From Felis catus (lineage: Eukaryota), in contig NC_058368.1 in assembly GCF_018350175.1 (NCBI RefSeq), forward strand, positions 88,724,001 to 88,788,000: DNA of 64,000 nt. The letters run 5' to 3'. A program made the position numbers and the translations under genes. The notes beneath the pieces were generated by a model that did not search any database, had not been told where the DNA came from, and saw only the letters and a program-made list of their open reading frames with translations. Of this stretch, positions 35,085 through 49,305 are shown in pieces (the first letter of the stretch is position 1; the number at the start of each line of letters is the position of its first letter).

Positions 35085-35605
35085 CAATGTCGTAAGTCAT
35101 ATTAATAGTATATACCCTTGGTGTGATATGATGTAGATGGGACTTTACCTCTTTGGTCATCCTCCCCGAAATCCATAACTGCAGCCTAATCATAAGAAAA
35201 ATGTCACATAAATTGCAATAAAGGGGCATCCAACAAGACACTTGAGCATTATTCTTCCAAATTGTCAAAGTGATTAAAAACAAGGAAAGTTTGGGAACAT
35301 GTCACAAACATGAGTAGTCTAAGGAAACCTCTCAACTAAATGTAATGTGGTATTTTGCATAGTATCTTAGAAAACAAAATGGACATTAGGAAAAACGAAG
35401 GAAGTCTGAGTAACTCTGGACTTTAGTTAAGAATCTATATCAATATTGGTTCATTTATTGTAAAATATACCATACTAATATCAGATGTCAATAATAGAGG
35501 AAACTGGGTGTGGGGTATATGGGAACTCTTTATACTAGCTTGCCAATTTTTCTACAAATCTAAAACTGTTCTAAAAAGTAAATGGATTAAAAACACAAAT
35601 AAAAA
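35085..35605 (+). mobile_element. L1MC-type 3' end
   Basis: AAACTGGGTGTGGGGTATATGGGAACTCT..TAAAACTGTTCTAAAA terminal motif. Confidence 0.75.
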
Positions 35606-36617
35606 TGCTTGTAGGGTCATTCAAAGAGCTTCCATGGGGATTGAGGAGAACACAATAAATGTTACATAATAAGCTCTAACATTTATACACCACTTTCTAG
35701 TTTAGGATATGACTTAATATATAGTATTCCACTTAATCTTTAAACCATCTAGTGAAGTAGATACAATTAATTACTCCATTTTGCAGGTAGAAAGAGTAGC
35801 GCTCAGAAAGATGAGGTCACTTACCGGGAATCAAACATTGTTCTGACTCTAGTTTAAATGTCTAGTTATATATCTATCTATTGTTCCCAAACATTAGCAG
35901 CAATGTGGGCACTAACAGCACTAGGGTTTTCATGGTTAATGAACATAAGTCAAGTGAATAATTCCTGAACTCTTTCCTATTAGACCTTAAAAGACATTTA
36001 TCTAAGATCTTTATTTAAGTGTTGGTTAGCAGCATCTTATCAGGAAAAGTCAATGAATTGTGTTTGTCTCTCACAACAAGGATATAGAACGTGTTACCAC
36101 TGAGAGTGGGCAGTAGTTAACTTCTCATCAGAAAGATTTATTTTTCAGGTCTGCACACTTTAGGAATATGACCTTTACTCAAACTACTTTTAAACATCTC
36201 ATTTGGCTTTTCAGAGTTTGCTGATAATAGATGGTGTTCCTACTTTGAACTGAGGAAGTGTTCAAAGACCAGCAATAGTTTGGGGGATGGTTAACAAAGC
36301 ATTCCAGCTGTGGTGGCCATGTGCAGCTCCTTCTGCCTGTACTGTGTGGGTATTGTTCTGCAGTGTTCCATAGCATGCCCATTCTTGCTTTTGGATTGCA
36401 AACTCCTTGGGGAATGGTGTGGTTTTTTGTTTGGTCCATTTTACCTGTTGCAAAGCAACGTGTACTCTTTCTCCCTCTGAATACAGAGGATGTGTGACTC
36501 CTAAACTGATATTTGTAAAAGCTGTGAAAATATCCATGTATGAAATTGTGTCTTTTGCAATCAGTTTATTGTGGAAAGGTGTTGGTGGAGGGGAATCTAC
36601 TACTTAAAATGTCAGCT

Positions 36618-36840
36618 GGGGGCGCCTGGGTGGCTTGGTCAGTTGGGCGGCCGACTTTGGCTCAGGTCACGATCTCACGGTCCGTGAGTTCGAGCCCCGC
36701 GTTGGGCTCTGGGCTGACGGCTCAGAGCCTGGAGCCTGTTTCGGATTCTGTGTCTCCCTCTCCCTCTGCCCCTCCCCTGTTCATGCTCTGTCTCTCTCTG
36801 TCTCAAAGATAAATAAACGTTAAAAAAATTAAAAAAAAAT
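36618..36840 (+). mobile_element. Young SINEC_Fc SINE
   Basis: Near-consensus with CpGs retained. Confidence 0.95.
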
Positions 36841-39800
36841 GTAGCTGAATCATGTATAGCAACAACAATAATTATTAGATAACCTTAAACACAGCTATGT
36901 GAGATGCACTTACCGTACAGAATCTGTCTCTAATCCTATCAGAAGCTGGTTTATGATTATAGATCTTGTAGGATGTCCTGAGGGGTAATGGGTCCAGGTT
37001 TCTGCTAAATCTTTGTTGGAGAGTGGGTATGGGAGGGAGGTGGACAGGGCATATATAGTGAATTTTGAGAAAGAGAACTCCCCCAACAAATGTTTTTAAC
37101 TTCTTGTATCACTGAAAACTACTGGAAAGGAAGTCTAGATTATTTTGGTCACAGTTGGGGGCATTTAGACAGAGGATGTTTTTAGCACCATTGTAGTTTC
37201 AAATCATTTATATGACCTCAGAGAATATACTCCACTCCTGACACCACACAAAAGCCACTTTTCTCTTGTTCCCCTTATTATGGAGTCATCCCAGATTGCC
37301 TGCATTTCCTGCGCATTCAAGCTGCGTTCTCTCTTACCCTCTGCTCTTTACTTCTCTCACTGAATCCTTTACTTAGGATTCTTCCCTCTTCCCTACTTAC
37401 CCTTCAAAACTCAATTCACATTTTACCTGACTCTAGGAAATCTCCTTCGATAATTCCTCCATTTTAATTGCAAGTGTACATTAGGTACACCTTCTTTGTG
37501 CACCCCAAAACCTGTACACAGAGCTTTCTTAGCTTTTGTTTGTTTATTCATTTATTCAACCATTCATTCAAAACTACTTATTCAAACATCCACTCTGTGT
37601 CAGAAGCTGTTATAGCTGTTGGAGATACAACAGGGCATAAAACAGGTCAGGTTCCTACTTCCATGGAGCTTACAGTGGAGAAGATTGCCAATCAATAAGT
37701 AGGCAAAAATTAAATAGAATTTATGATTTTAGATGGTGAAGTAAAAAAAAACATAATGTAATAATGCATGCTTGAATGTGGGAGCTATTTTGATTGAGTA
37801 TTCAGAGAAGGTTTTCTGTGAAGGTGACATTTGAATAGAGACCTGAATGATTAGAGCGCAAATGATGTGAAGATATGAGGGAAGAGAACTCCAAGGGGGC
37901 GGGGGGGGGGGGGGGGGGGGGAACAGGCAACAGGTAACAGTGAAGGATGCAAAGGGAAACAAGCTTGAGGTGTTTGAGGAACAGCAAGGAGCCTGTGTGA
38001 CTAGACCATTGGTGAATGAGGAGGAATGTGGTAGGAGGAGAGATTGGAAATTAGGGCCAGCAAAGTCATGTTGGATATTAAAGGCCTAGGAGAGAACTCT
38101 AAGGGTTGATGGAGCCAAGGTTTGTAGCTAGACTTGTCACACTCCAAAGCTTGTGCCTATCATAGTATATTCCCTATACATACCACATTCTATAATACAG
38201 TGATGGAAAGTGGAACATTTACGCTGTTAAAAATATCTAACTAAGATGTATTCACATGTAATAAAAGTGTTTTGGAAAAATTAATCATATGTACTATATG
38301 GAAATAAATATACAGTTTTAGGCCTACTATTAGTCATTTACCTATTTTGATCAATTCAGTGAGAATATAGATTTTTTATCTGGCTAAACTATTTTGAATA
38401 CTGCTGTCTTTATAAATCAGAGAACATCCCAGTTCTAATTCCAGACTTATATCACTTGTGATATCTGGCTTTCTTTTCACAGTGTATTAAAAAGAATCAT
38501 GGCCAAGTGTTTCATTACATATGCATAAATTTTCAGAGTTCTGAGATTTATATATTTGCATACACAATTTTAGGGATACTGTGACTGTTTACTGGACATG
38601 GTTAACTTGCATATCAATCACTTCCTCTTAAAAGTAATAGAAGCGATGTATATTAATTTGAGCACATCCTGAAATTTGCACTCCAACAACAATTCTGGGT
38701 ATTTAGGTTCTTTGGTATCATAATCTGTGAAACTCTTCTGAAAGTCTCACTCTATTTCTACCATGTGACTCTATGATTCTAAAATTTGTTACTCCTCTGA
38801 CTACTGGAAAATGAGTTTCTAGGACTCTTGTCCTATCTAAATGTCTTCACTTTCTTGAATAAGTCAGCAACTGTGTTGGTTCATTTTCTAAAGCTTAAGG
38901 CTCAATGTGTTTAGGTATTTGTCATATCAGAAAGAAAAACTAATCTTAATGACAGTGGGGACCTACCAAAATGAGTCCTTTAGCTTAGAGTCTTTTATTT
39001 TATTTCTTTAATAAAATTAAACAAGCAATCTCATGTCTTTAAAATAAACTAGGTTTCCACACCCTACTTCCTCTCCCTCCAAATACACCATAAATAAGTC
39101 CCACCATAAATAAGGGCATGAGCATGAATAAAGTTGGAGGTCTTGATCTGTACCTCCATTAAACCACAGAAGACTCAACACACCTAGTTCATAGCATGCA
39201 CCCTTTTTCTGAAAGAGGCACGGAGTCTGGGTTTGCACAACTCTTCTTTCCTGATGAAAATAAAGTATTGACAATTTCCCCCCTTTTTTGCAGGGGCTCC
39301 ATCTGTGACAAGTGCAATCAGCTTATCCATGTTTAAACCACATTTCTCAAATTTTTCTTGGCAGATGGTTAAGTTCTACCAGTTCATGTGTCCTGGCTAA
39401 TTGGGTAAAACATTTTCTTCCCAAAAATATCACAGCCAGCATGTTGGCAAGTGTATCATGTGACAGGTACTCACATGCTTTGCCATAGGAAGCATAAAGG
39501 GATGAGGTCTTTGGGGAGGACTGCTTTCAGATTGGTTCAAGAGACTTGAAAAGTTCATCCCCTTTGACCCAGTGACCTGATATGTAGAAATGCAAACAAG
39601 GAAGTCATCAGAGATGATGATCAAAGATCATTATGCGTAAGGATGTTCACTGCAACATTATTTATAATAGTAAAAAAGTAGGACTTGATTGGTACAAATA
39701 TCCAAGAAGCAAATGGTTTAATTAGTTATGATGCATCCCTAAGATGGATATTTTGTACCAACAGCAATAGTGTTTTCAAAGAATTGTTTCTGACATGAGA

Positions 39801-40443
39801 AATAATGAATTAACATTAAGTGATGAAACTAAGGTATAAATGATACATAGTTTGATATCTCAATTAAAGAAATTAAGTTTTTATGTAGGTATAATACATT
39901 CTATCCATCTCCACTGGAGTAACTGGGTACTAGGGAGTTGGTGAAGTCTGACCCTTCTTGAACTACCCTGTCTTACTAATCTCACTCCAATGAAGAACCA
40001 CATAAAGTATACAAAATTGCTTATGGAGGCAGCTCTTAGCAAGGAGTAGGAGAAATAGAGACTGGAACCCATTCATCTTCAGGAGTTCCTGTATGGAAAA
40101 GTGAAGCTTTTCAGACTGGGGCCTCCAAAAAGAGGGCGGCCTCTGTGGGAATTTCTATCCTTGGGACCTCTTTCGCTTCTCAGTTTCCTGAACTTTTTCC
40201 TCTTTAACCCCACCTTCTAACAAATCCCTGAGGTCAATGCTCTCATTCTCTCCTTTGGGAATTCTACTTCTCATTTCCGAAGGAAAACAATCTGCCCCTC
40301 TGACCTTTTGTGTATTTCTGGTTAGGACCATTTTCCCCTCAGCCTTTATTCTTCTCAGTCGTTTCCTGTTCCTAAAAGAAAGATAATTACTGCTCATTTT
40401 CTCTTTAGTTCACCCAAGAAGTAATCATGTCTCACCAAGGGGT

Positions 40444-40444
<1 letters not shown>

Positions 40445-40540
<96 letters not shown>

Positions 40541-40543
40541 GAG
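40445..40543. repeat. Compound microsatellite (TG)n(GA)n(GAGACA)n
   Basis: Directly visible. Confidence 0.97.
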
Positions 40544-41164
40544 ATCTTTATATTCCTTGGAGACCATCAAGACCTACCAAGGGCAGCATTTCTCATCTAT
40601 TACCAAATATTTATCCAAACTCCTCTCAGAAGGGTAGCCCATGGCATTACCATATTAAGAAACCATTGGTGCTCTCCTGAGCCTGATTTGCATTTCAGAT
40701 CCACCAAAGGAGCTGTCAATGGCTCTCCCTCTTTGCTACCCAGAGTTGTGTCACTGCTAATTGCATACTCTTTAATGACATGACTTAACCATAAATTTAG
40801 AGGTAGGAGCTAGTAAGAGGACAGATTTTTAGTTTAAATTGCCATAATGTCTCTTATACTAGTGAGGTTTTCCTCAAGCCAAAACCAAGTCTTACTCATC
40901 CAGATACCTCCTTACCCCCACTGTCATTGTTACAGTACTCTCTCCATCAAATCGAGCTGCCTTTATATTATCAATATGATTTGAAAGTTTGATATGGAGA
41001 AGGCTGGGAAGTAATGGAATGTATTAATGAACAGCATGATCTTTGGAATCATGCCTGGCTTCAAATCTTCCCTCTACCACTTAGTAGCTGTGTTACATCA
41101 AGCAACTTATTGACCCTCTCTCTCTGTTTCCTGGTAAGTAAAGTGGGGATAAAACCTACATCAT

Positions 41165-42297
41165 GTGCGGAGAAAGGGGGACCCTCTTATGCCGTTGGTG
41201 AGAATGCAAACTTGTGCAGCCACTGAGGAAAACAGTACGGAGGTTACTCAAAAAGTTAAGAATAGAACTATCTTATGATCCAGCCATTAAACTACGAGGT
41301 ATTTACCCAAAGGATACAAAAACACTGATTTGAAGGGATACATGCACCCTGATGTTTATAGCAGCATTATCAACAATAGCCAAATTATGGAAAGAGTCCA
41401 AATGTCCATCGACTAATGAATGGATAAAGAAGATGTAGGGTCACTTGTGTGGGTCTCTTGGTTGAGCATCTGACTTCCACTCCAGTCATGATCTCATGGT
41501 TGGTGTGCTGGAGCCCTGTGTCGGGCTCTGTACTGACAGCTTTATGGATTCTGTGTCTCCATCTCTCCTACCCCTTCCCGACTGTGCTCTTTTTCTCTTT
41601 CTCAAAAGTGAATATATAAACATTAAAAGAATAACACTTAAAAAATAAAGATGTAGCATATATATATATATATATATACACACATGCATATGTGTGTGTG
41701 TATATATATGTATATGTATGTATATACATATATGTATATATACATATACATATGTATGTACATATACATATATATACACATATATACACATATACATATA
41801 TATGTATATATACATACATATATATGTATATATACACATACACATATATATACATACATATATATACACATATATATACAGACACATATATATATTATAT
41901 ATATATATAATGGGATATTCATCAGCCACAAAAAAGAATGAAATCTTGCCATTTGCATTGACATGGTTGGAGCTAGAGAGTATTATGCTAAGTGAAATAA
42001 GTCAGTCAGAGAAAGACAAGTACCATATGATTTCACTCATATATGGAATTTAAGAAATAAAACAGATGAACGTAGGGGAAAAAGAAAGTGACAAACTAGA
42101 AAACAGACTCTTAACTATAAAGAACAAACTGAGTGTTACTGGAGGGGATGTGGGTTGGGGAGTGGGTTAAGGAGTACACTTGTTATGATGAGCACTGGAT
42201 ATTGTATATAAGTGAGGAATCACTGAATTCAACACCTGAAACTTATATTACACAGTATCTTAACCAACTGCAATTTAAATAAAACCTTGGGGAAAAA
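41165..42297 (+). mobile_element. Carnivore L1 3' end with nested SINE (~41440-41645) and a 250-bp (TA/CA) microsatellite (41657-41909)
   Basis: [63 protein letters not shown]. Confidence 0.9.
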
Positions 42298-42799
42298 AGT
42301 CAGTATTATCTGACTAGTTGGATAGTTTTTCTTATTGTGTATGAGTCTCAACAATTAAATAATGAGGTATAGACTTTGAGTTGTCCTTCAGTGTATGTTT
42401 TCTTCCTTCTCTTCATTAGAGAACCCCAAGTTTTAGAGAACCCCGGGTCAGAATCAGTTTCATGGGCATGTGACCTGTGCAGCCATGCAGGATGCAGTGC
42501 TCAGAGTGTCCCAAGATTAGTTTAATGCTTTGCTTTTGCCATCTTGAAATTTTTAATACTTCTGTAACAAGGGGCCCCACATTTCCTTTTGCATTGGGAC
42601 CTGTCAAGTGTGTAGCTAACCTTGATCTGTGCATAAAACTGTCCATGACAGAGATTCATTTCTCATTCTTTCTTCAGCTAAGAGTGTTTCTGTTTGCAAA
42701 TTCTTCTCAAAGGGATGTAAGAAAATTGTATGTGCAGCTCCTGGAATGTGTCCTTAAAAGATATTCCTCCTTCTTCCTGGCAAAAATATAGTATTCTTC

Positions 42800-43007
42800 T
42801 TTTTTTATTTTTATTTTTATTTTTTTGAGAAAAGAGAGACAGCAGGAGACAGGGAGAGGGAGAGGGAGAGCTAGAAAGAGAGAATCAAGTCAGCTCCACA
42901 CCCAGCATGGAGCCCAATGCAGGACTTAAACTCACAACTGTGAGATCATGACCTGAGGCAAAATCGAGAGTTGGACACTTAACTGATTGACCCACCCAGG
43001 TGCCCCC
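42800..43007 (-). mobile_element. Can-SINE
   Basis: Reverse SINE. Confidence 0.85.
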
Positions 43008-43289
43008 AGAACTATAATGTTAATAAGTAGAATTTCAGTAGTCATCTTGGATCAAGCTGGAAATCATGCCAGGTGGAGCAGCAGGATATGTATAGTTTGA
43101 TCCTTGACACTCAGAGTAACATAGCAGCCCTGAACTACCTGCAGACCTCTTCAATTTAAAAAAAAAGGAATATTTTATCTTAAGTCACTGATTTTTTGAG
43201 TTTCTCTGTAACTTGTACATGAACCTAACCTGAACTAACTAAAAGTTGTTGGAGGAGAGGGTGGAGGGGGAGGTAGAGACAGAGGAAAT

Positions 43290-44480
43290 ACACAAAACTA
43301 GAAGCTTTGAATAGATCAATAAAATAGATGTATCTGTAGTAATATCAATCAAGAAAAAAATGAAATAACAAAATTCATAATAAAAAAGAAAAATATACAG
43401 TCACTAGAGAGATTTTAAAAGAAAACTATGACACCTTAAAACATAAATAAAATTCATGTATTAATGAAAAATATAAAATGCCAAAATAGGCTGAAGAAAA
43501 ATACAAATTAACAACTTTTAAAGAATTTGAAATGGTAATGAAAAATGTTCCTCCCCAAATTCTCTAGGCTCAGATGGTCCATTTTATTTTGTAACATAGA
43601 CATAAAGATTTTATTTTAATTTTTTTTAATATGAAATTTATTGTCAAATTGGTTTCCATACAACACCCAGTGCTCATCCCAGCAGGTGCCCTCCTCCATA
43701 CCCATCACCCACTCCCCTCACCCTCCCACCCCCCATCAACCCTCAATTTATTCTCTGTTCTTAAGAGTCTCTTATGGTTTGCCTGCCTCCCTCTCTAACT
43801 TTTTTTTCCTTCCTCTCCCCCATGGTCTTCTGTTAAGTTTCTCAGGCATTAACATTTTAAATAAAATAGTTGACTGAATCCAACAATGCATTGCAAAACT
43901 AAACTGAGATCAATTAGTATTTATCCCAGAAATGCAAAAATGTTTTAAAATTAGAGTACCTATCAATTTGTTTAGCCACATTAAAGGAGAAATATGATTA
44001 TCTTAGTGCATGCAAATAAAGTTTTTGTTTTAAAATTTAATATTTCTTTGTAATTTAAAAACTCTTTGTAAGCTTCCTCAACATGTCTTAGACTTTATGT
44101 CAAAGTCTACATGTAATGAAAAACATTTAGATGCAGTATTTATTATCAGGAAAAGACAAGAATCCCAACTATAAACTACTTTTTAATACAATACGAGAGG
44201 CTCTAGCTAAAGCAATAATAAAGGAAAAGTGAATATGTTAAACAATGGGAAGGGAAAAGACAACTGCTATTTTGCTGTTGATTGTTCTTATAGGTTAATA
44301 TAAATCTGAAACAGTCACCAAACTATTAGACATAATATGAGAGTTCATAGAATTTTACAATTATAGTATTAACTTAGAAAATCAATAGCACTTGTCTACA
44401 TGAGCAAAGCACATAGAAAACAATTATAGACCCTGAGATACCACTTGCAATATTATAAAAACTATGAAATATCTAAGAAC
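43290..44480 (+). mobile_element. Ancient L1 ORF2 fragment with nested antisense feline L1 3'UTR stub (~43605-43846)
   Basis: Degenerate A-rich ORF2-like sequence; stub matches the L1 3'UTR seen at 14280-14525. Confidence 0.65.
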
Positions 44481-44489
44481 TGCATTTAA

Positions 44490-44705
44490 ATTTTTTTTAA
44501 CATTTATTTATTTTTGAGAGAGAGACACAGAGAGTGCGAGCAGGGGAGAGGCAGAGAGAGAGAGAGGGAGACACAGAATCCGAAGCAGACTCCAGGCTCC
44601 GGGCTGTAAGCACAGAGTCCGACGCGGGGTTTGAATTCACAAACCATGAGATCATGACCTGAGCCGAAGTCTGCAAATTAAATCACTGAGCCACCCAGCC
44701 GCCCC
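44490..44705 (-). mobile_element. SINEC_Fc-type SINE
   Basis: Reverse SINE; TSD CTAAGAA(C/G)TGCATTT. Confidence 0.92.
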
Positions 44706-45939
44706 TAAGAAGTGCATTTTAAATAGTATTGTCAGGGAAGACTTTTCCAATAATGTAACATTTGAGATGAGATCTGAATGAAATGAGAGTCAGTCAGGCA
44801 GATTATCTGTAAAAAGAGCATTCTGGGCCAAGAAACTGCAAGTACAAATGACTTCACACCTTTGATTTTTCTCTTCCTTTCAACATTAGAATCTTTTCCT
44901 TTCTGTAAAGTTCAGACATGTTTTAACATTTAAATAGTTTATCCAGGTTAAGAAGAAACCCTCAAATAATTTTTTGGTAACCTTGGCATAGAGTACTTGA
45001 TGTTTTCTTAAACAAAACTTAGAAGATGAGAAAAGAATGATAACATTTCTCAAAGGCCAAAACAGCAGTAAAAAGTAGAAATACAAATGACAAGTTGAAT
45101 TAAAAAATATTTTCATCTCTCTTCTTCCCACCCTATACTTCATTTAGCTGACCCTTTCATCCTTAATACTCAGCTCCAGGATCATTTCCTCCAGAAAACC
45201 TTCCATGATGTCCACCAAGGGCATCCCTCTTTGATGCTTTGACATTTTTCTGAGCATGCTTGTATCACTGCTCTTACTACATTGTTTGGAAATTGTAAAT
45301 TGGATTTGTGTGTGTTCATCTTTTCTTCCCAATGAGTTTGTAAACTCCAAAAGCACGGGATTTTTGATATGAAATTACTTAAGAGAACATAGCACCATTT
45401 CAGTCTTCCCTGGTGCTACTGCCATCTGACTGTGTGACTTAAACTCTCTGAATCTCAATTTCAGCTTCTGTACATGATGATGTTAATAGTAATTTTACAA
45501 TGTTACTTTGAGATGTAAATGAGTTGGCCCATGTGAGAAATGTGATTATCTCTCTTTCCATACTGTATCTAACTCAGTGGCAGGCACATGGAAGGCATCA
45601 TTTTAATAAATGTTTACAGAGGAAGTGGGCCGATCCTATAGGGAATATTTTGTTAGAAGGAAGCCACCCTGGCTCTATGGTGGGTGGGAAGTGGCTATTT
45701 GTGGAGATAAGAAACCTCAGGAAATCCCTGGGGAAGGCAGACCTCCTGGGTACACTCTGAATGATAGCATGGGAAAACCAACTCCCAGGAGTCCATGAGG
45801 GGGACATTTCTATCCCACTCCTCATGCTGTGCTATTCATACCAGAAGGAAGTCTCTGAGGACTCCAGCAGGTGTGAAGTCTATCCTCCTTCCTGCCCAGT
45901 TTCCTGAGGAAGAGCTGTCATACAGAACTGAACCTGGAC

Positions 45940-46138
45940 TTTTTGTTGTTGTTGTTAAGATTATTTATTTATTTTGAGGGAGAGAGAGAGAGAGAGAAAG
46001 AGAGAGAATCCCAAGAAGGCTCCATGCTGTCAGCTCAGAGTTTGGCCTGGTGCTTGATCTCTTGAACCGTGAGATGATGCATGACCTGAGCTTAAATCAA
46101 GAGTCAGACGCTTCAATGACTGAACCATCCAGGTATCC
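45940..46138 (-). mobile_element. Can-SINE
   Basis: Reverse SINE; TSD CTGAACCTGG. Confidence 0.85.
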
Positions 46139-46980
46139 TGAACCTGGTCTTTTTAAGTCTTGAATTTTTCCAGGCATTTTACTTCTTCTGCTCAGTTGTA
46201 ATTTGCCTTTCAATGCTGTGGGACAAAACTTTCTGCATGTACTATATATATGCTGTCCAATATAGGGTAGCTATTGAACACTTAAAATGTGGCTAGTCTG
46301 ACTAAATAACTGATATTTAAATTCACTGAAGATTTAAATTGAACAGGGCAAGTGTATGTAGCACATAAAAGGTTCTCATCACATGGTAATTTGAAATGTC
46401 AACAAACACATTTGTATAAGATTGTACCCTTAATTCTTTTTTTTTTTTTCTTGATCTAATTTACTGTCTACACCTTGACCAGAGGAGCTGACCAGGTTGC
46501 TGAAAATACTTAAAAATTCCTCAATGGGTTTCTATCATTGTCAGGACCAAGTCCCCCCCCCCCCCCCCCCCACCGTGAGTTTTCCAGAATCTGTCCTTAC
46601 CTATTGATGCAGCCACTCCTGCTTTGCTATCTGCCCCAGACACACTATCCTTTGCTTTGTCCATGCTGTTCCCATTGCCCCAACCACCTTTTCCCTTTGT
46701 CCCACTGTTTTCTTTGCCAAGCTTATTCTTACCTGCCCTTGAAGAGTTAGATCAGATACTCTCTTCCAGGAAGTTTCCCCTAAATATCCCTTAGCCTATC
46801 CCCTCTACCTCAGGCTGGGTTGTATAGCTCCCTTGGGCTCCCATAGCCTTCCCTGTAGCTCTATTAGAACATCGATCATGCTAGGTTATAATTATGGATT
46901 AGATCTCCTTTCTCTTTTGGATTGCGAGCTTCTAGAAACCACGGACAGTGGTATATTCATTTCTTTCTTTATCTTCAGTG

Positions 46981-47610
46981 TGAAAAGTAATAAAAGGAAA
47001 CCTCATTTAGAAAGGAGTCAGGAGGTGGGCAGAGGGCAGAGGGAGCTCTCAAGTTGAGCACTCCTTGTCACTTGCAGACCTACTGGAAGTGAGGAACAAT
47101 GAAAAACAGTCCCAACACAGTCACTGAAAAGCCAGTATACTTTAGACTCCTAGTTTCCTCCAAAGGACTTTATAACAGCCTTTCCAACTTTCTCCCTTTT
47201 CTCTATGAGAGAGCATATCTCTCCTTTGTTGGGGGCCTTGCCTATGGTTTTGCCACAGTCTCAGGTTGCATTTCTCTATTCCCAGAGAAACCTGATTTTA
47301 CTTGTAAAACAGCTGGCAGTTTTGTTTTTTCAGAAATTTTTTTAATGTTTATTTGTGTGAGTGTGTGTGTGTGAGAGAGAGAGAGAGAGAAAGAGAAAGA
47401 GAAAGAGACAGATAGAGAGAGAGAGGACAAACAGGGAGGGGCAAAGAGATGGAGACACAGAATCTGAGGCAGGATCCAGGCTCTGAGCTGTCAGCACAGA
47501 GCTCCAAGTGATGCAGGGCTGGGCTTGGGATCATGACCTGAGCTGAAGTCAGAGACTTAACCGACTGAGCCCCCCAGGCACCCCTGGCAGTTTTATTTTT
47601 TAAGGTTAAT
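46981..47610 (+). mobile_element. Probable solo ERV1-type LTR split by a SINE (~47335-47585, -)
   Basis: Begins TGAAAAG; LTR-like composition; SINE flanked by CTGGCAGTTTT(G/A)TTTTTT repeat. Confidence 0.5.
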
Positions 47611-48119
47611 ACTAGCATCTTCACAGAGCCTGGCTCAGAAATGGAATCAAGGTACGATTATGTTAATTGTTTTAAAACATGTCAGGTTCTTTATTTACCA
47701 CAATTATACTTATGAAATGCATTTTAGCTTGTCTCAGTTTTTGTGACTTAGAGCACTCTTTGTGGTAGGCAGCACTGTTGTTTGGGTTTGTTGGGGAAGG
47801 AAACTGAGGCTCAGTGTCTCTTTAAGTGATTTGCCCAAGAGTTTGAGTAGAACCTGGGTCCTCAAATGCCTTTTTTCCATCTTCTTATATTTCATGAAGC
47901 TCCTTTGTCCTCATCAGCCCTCAGTGACCCCTCCCACACTGAGATTCCTACAGCCCTCACAGCCTTTACCAGTCATTAGGATTGATGTGTGAAAGCTTGT
48001 GTATTTTCATCTTGAGAGTTGTATTGACATGACTTGTGAATTTTTAAACTACTCAGCTATGGAGGGATATTTCTGATGAGGATTTTCATGTAACTTTTTG
48101 TAGAGGTTCTTGTGGTGCC

Positions 48120-48580
48120 CAAACCTTATTCCTGATTCCAGTGTATCTCTAAGCCTGTTGCTAGCTCAAATGCTTTCTTGTCCCTCTGCTTTTCTGCCTC
48201 AAGGCTTTCAAATCCTAGAAGAATGCTTAGCCCTGGGCAAGCATAACCAGGAAATGTTAATGAGTTCAAGCTGGGGATTGAGATAACCCTCAAATAATGG
48301 GGATGGAAATTAAGAGGTAAATGACCCAGTCTCCTTGTTCTTTGGTGGTGCAAAGCTGAGGCACCTTCTACATGGTTTTCAGAGGGTCTCCAGTGAGCTC
48401 AAAGCCCAGTTGTCTAGTAAAGCAATCAGCTCAATATCACACACTTTTCTTGGTTTTTCCTCTTACCCCTCTTTCATTCTCTCTCCCTCCCATCTGTTTC
48501 TGGAGCTTACTTCTGAAACAAATTACCAGCACCCAAGTCCTGGCGTCAGACTCTGCTTTTGGGGAACCCAACTGAAGACA
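48120..48580 (+). mobile_element. LTR16-like ERVL LTR
   Basis: Ends CTCTGCTTTTGGGGAACCCAACTGAAGACA, typical of the LTR16 3' end. Confidence 0.6.
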
Positions 48581-49039
48581 TTACTTAGCTATACAGGAGT
48601 TTCTTTAGAGAAGATGTTTTGCCCTAGGAGTTTTGTGCTCCATCCTACTGGACTTCTTTGAGTGTCATTGCTGTTCCCTACACTCTGCCTTGCTTATGCT
48701 GCTCCTTCTGCCTGGCACAGTCTTCCTTTCCTTTGCCTGGCTGACAGCTGTTCATTCTTCAAGACTCAGCTAGGGTATCCACTCCTCTTTAGGATTTTCA
48801 TTGTTTTACTCCTGCCACCTCCTAATTGAGAGTTATCTCTGTGATTCGGTAGCACTTCACACACTAACCTCCACCAACGCCATTTTCTCACCCTCTCTCT
48901 CTTTTTGTTTCTGTGGCTACATCCATCCTGGCTCCCCAGAGACGGCTGAGCATGCTCAGTTGCCAGGACGCAGTGGCTCAGGGGCAAACCTAGCATCACC
49001 ACGGGAACTTCCAGCCCAGCTTGCACCTGGACCAGAGAG

Positions 49040-49305
49040 GGCTGGAGCCACAGGGGCGGGGCCTCGGATGCACTATCCCCACCAGCTCTAGCTCCCCTCC
49101 CCCCCAGCACTCCACCCCACCCCAGCCACGCGGGGGCCTCCTGCGCACTGGCCACCGTTTGCTCTAACAGCCATCTTGCCTCATCTTCCTGAGGGAGCTC
49201 TGTCCCATGATCCGGTCGCCCGCTACCCATGCCCGTGATTTTCCTGTGGGCTTAGAGGCACAGGAACAACAAAAAATGGCAGAGGGGAGACAGAAGGCAC
49301 CCGAG
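49040..49305 (+). promoter_or_regulatory. Candidate CpG-containing promoter and first exon of an unidentified gene
   Basis: Local GC/CpG rise; GC box GGGGCGGGGC (~49052), TGCGCA (~49142), GCCATCTT (~49170); AAAATGG at 49276 followed 30 nt later by donor GAG|GTAGGT. Confidence 0.5.

Noticed and set aside
36179..36607. ORFs in unique sequence near 36.2-36.6 kb
   Set aside because: Short, no recognisable homology, no convincing splice-site pair.
41486..42053. Several long Tyr/Ile/His-rich ORFs
   Set aside because: Translation of a (TA/CA) microsatellite.
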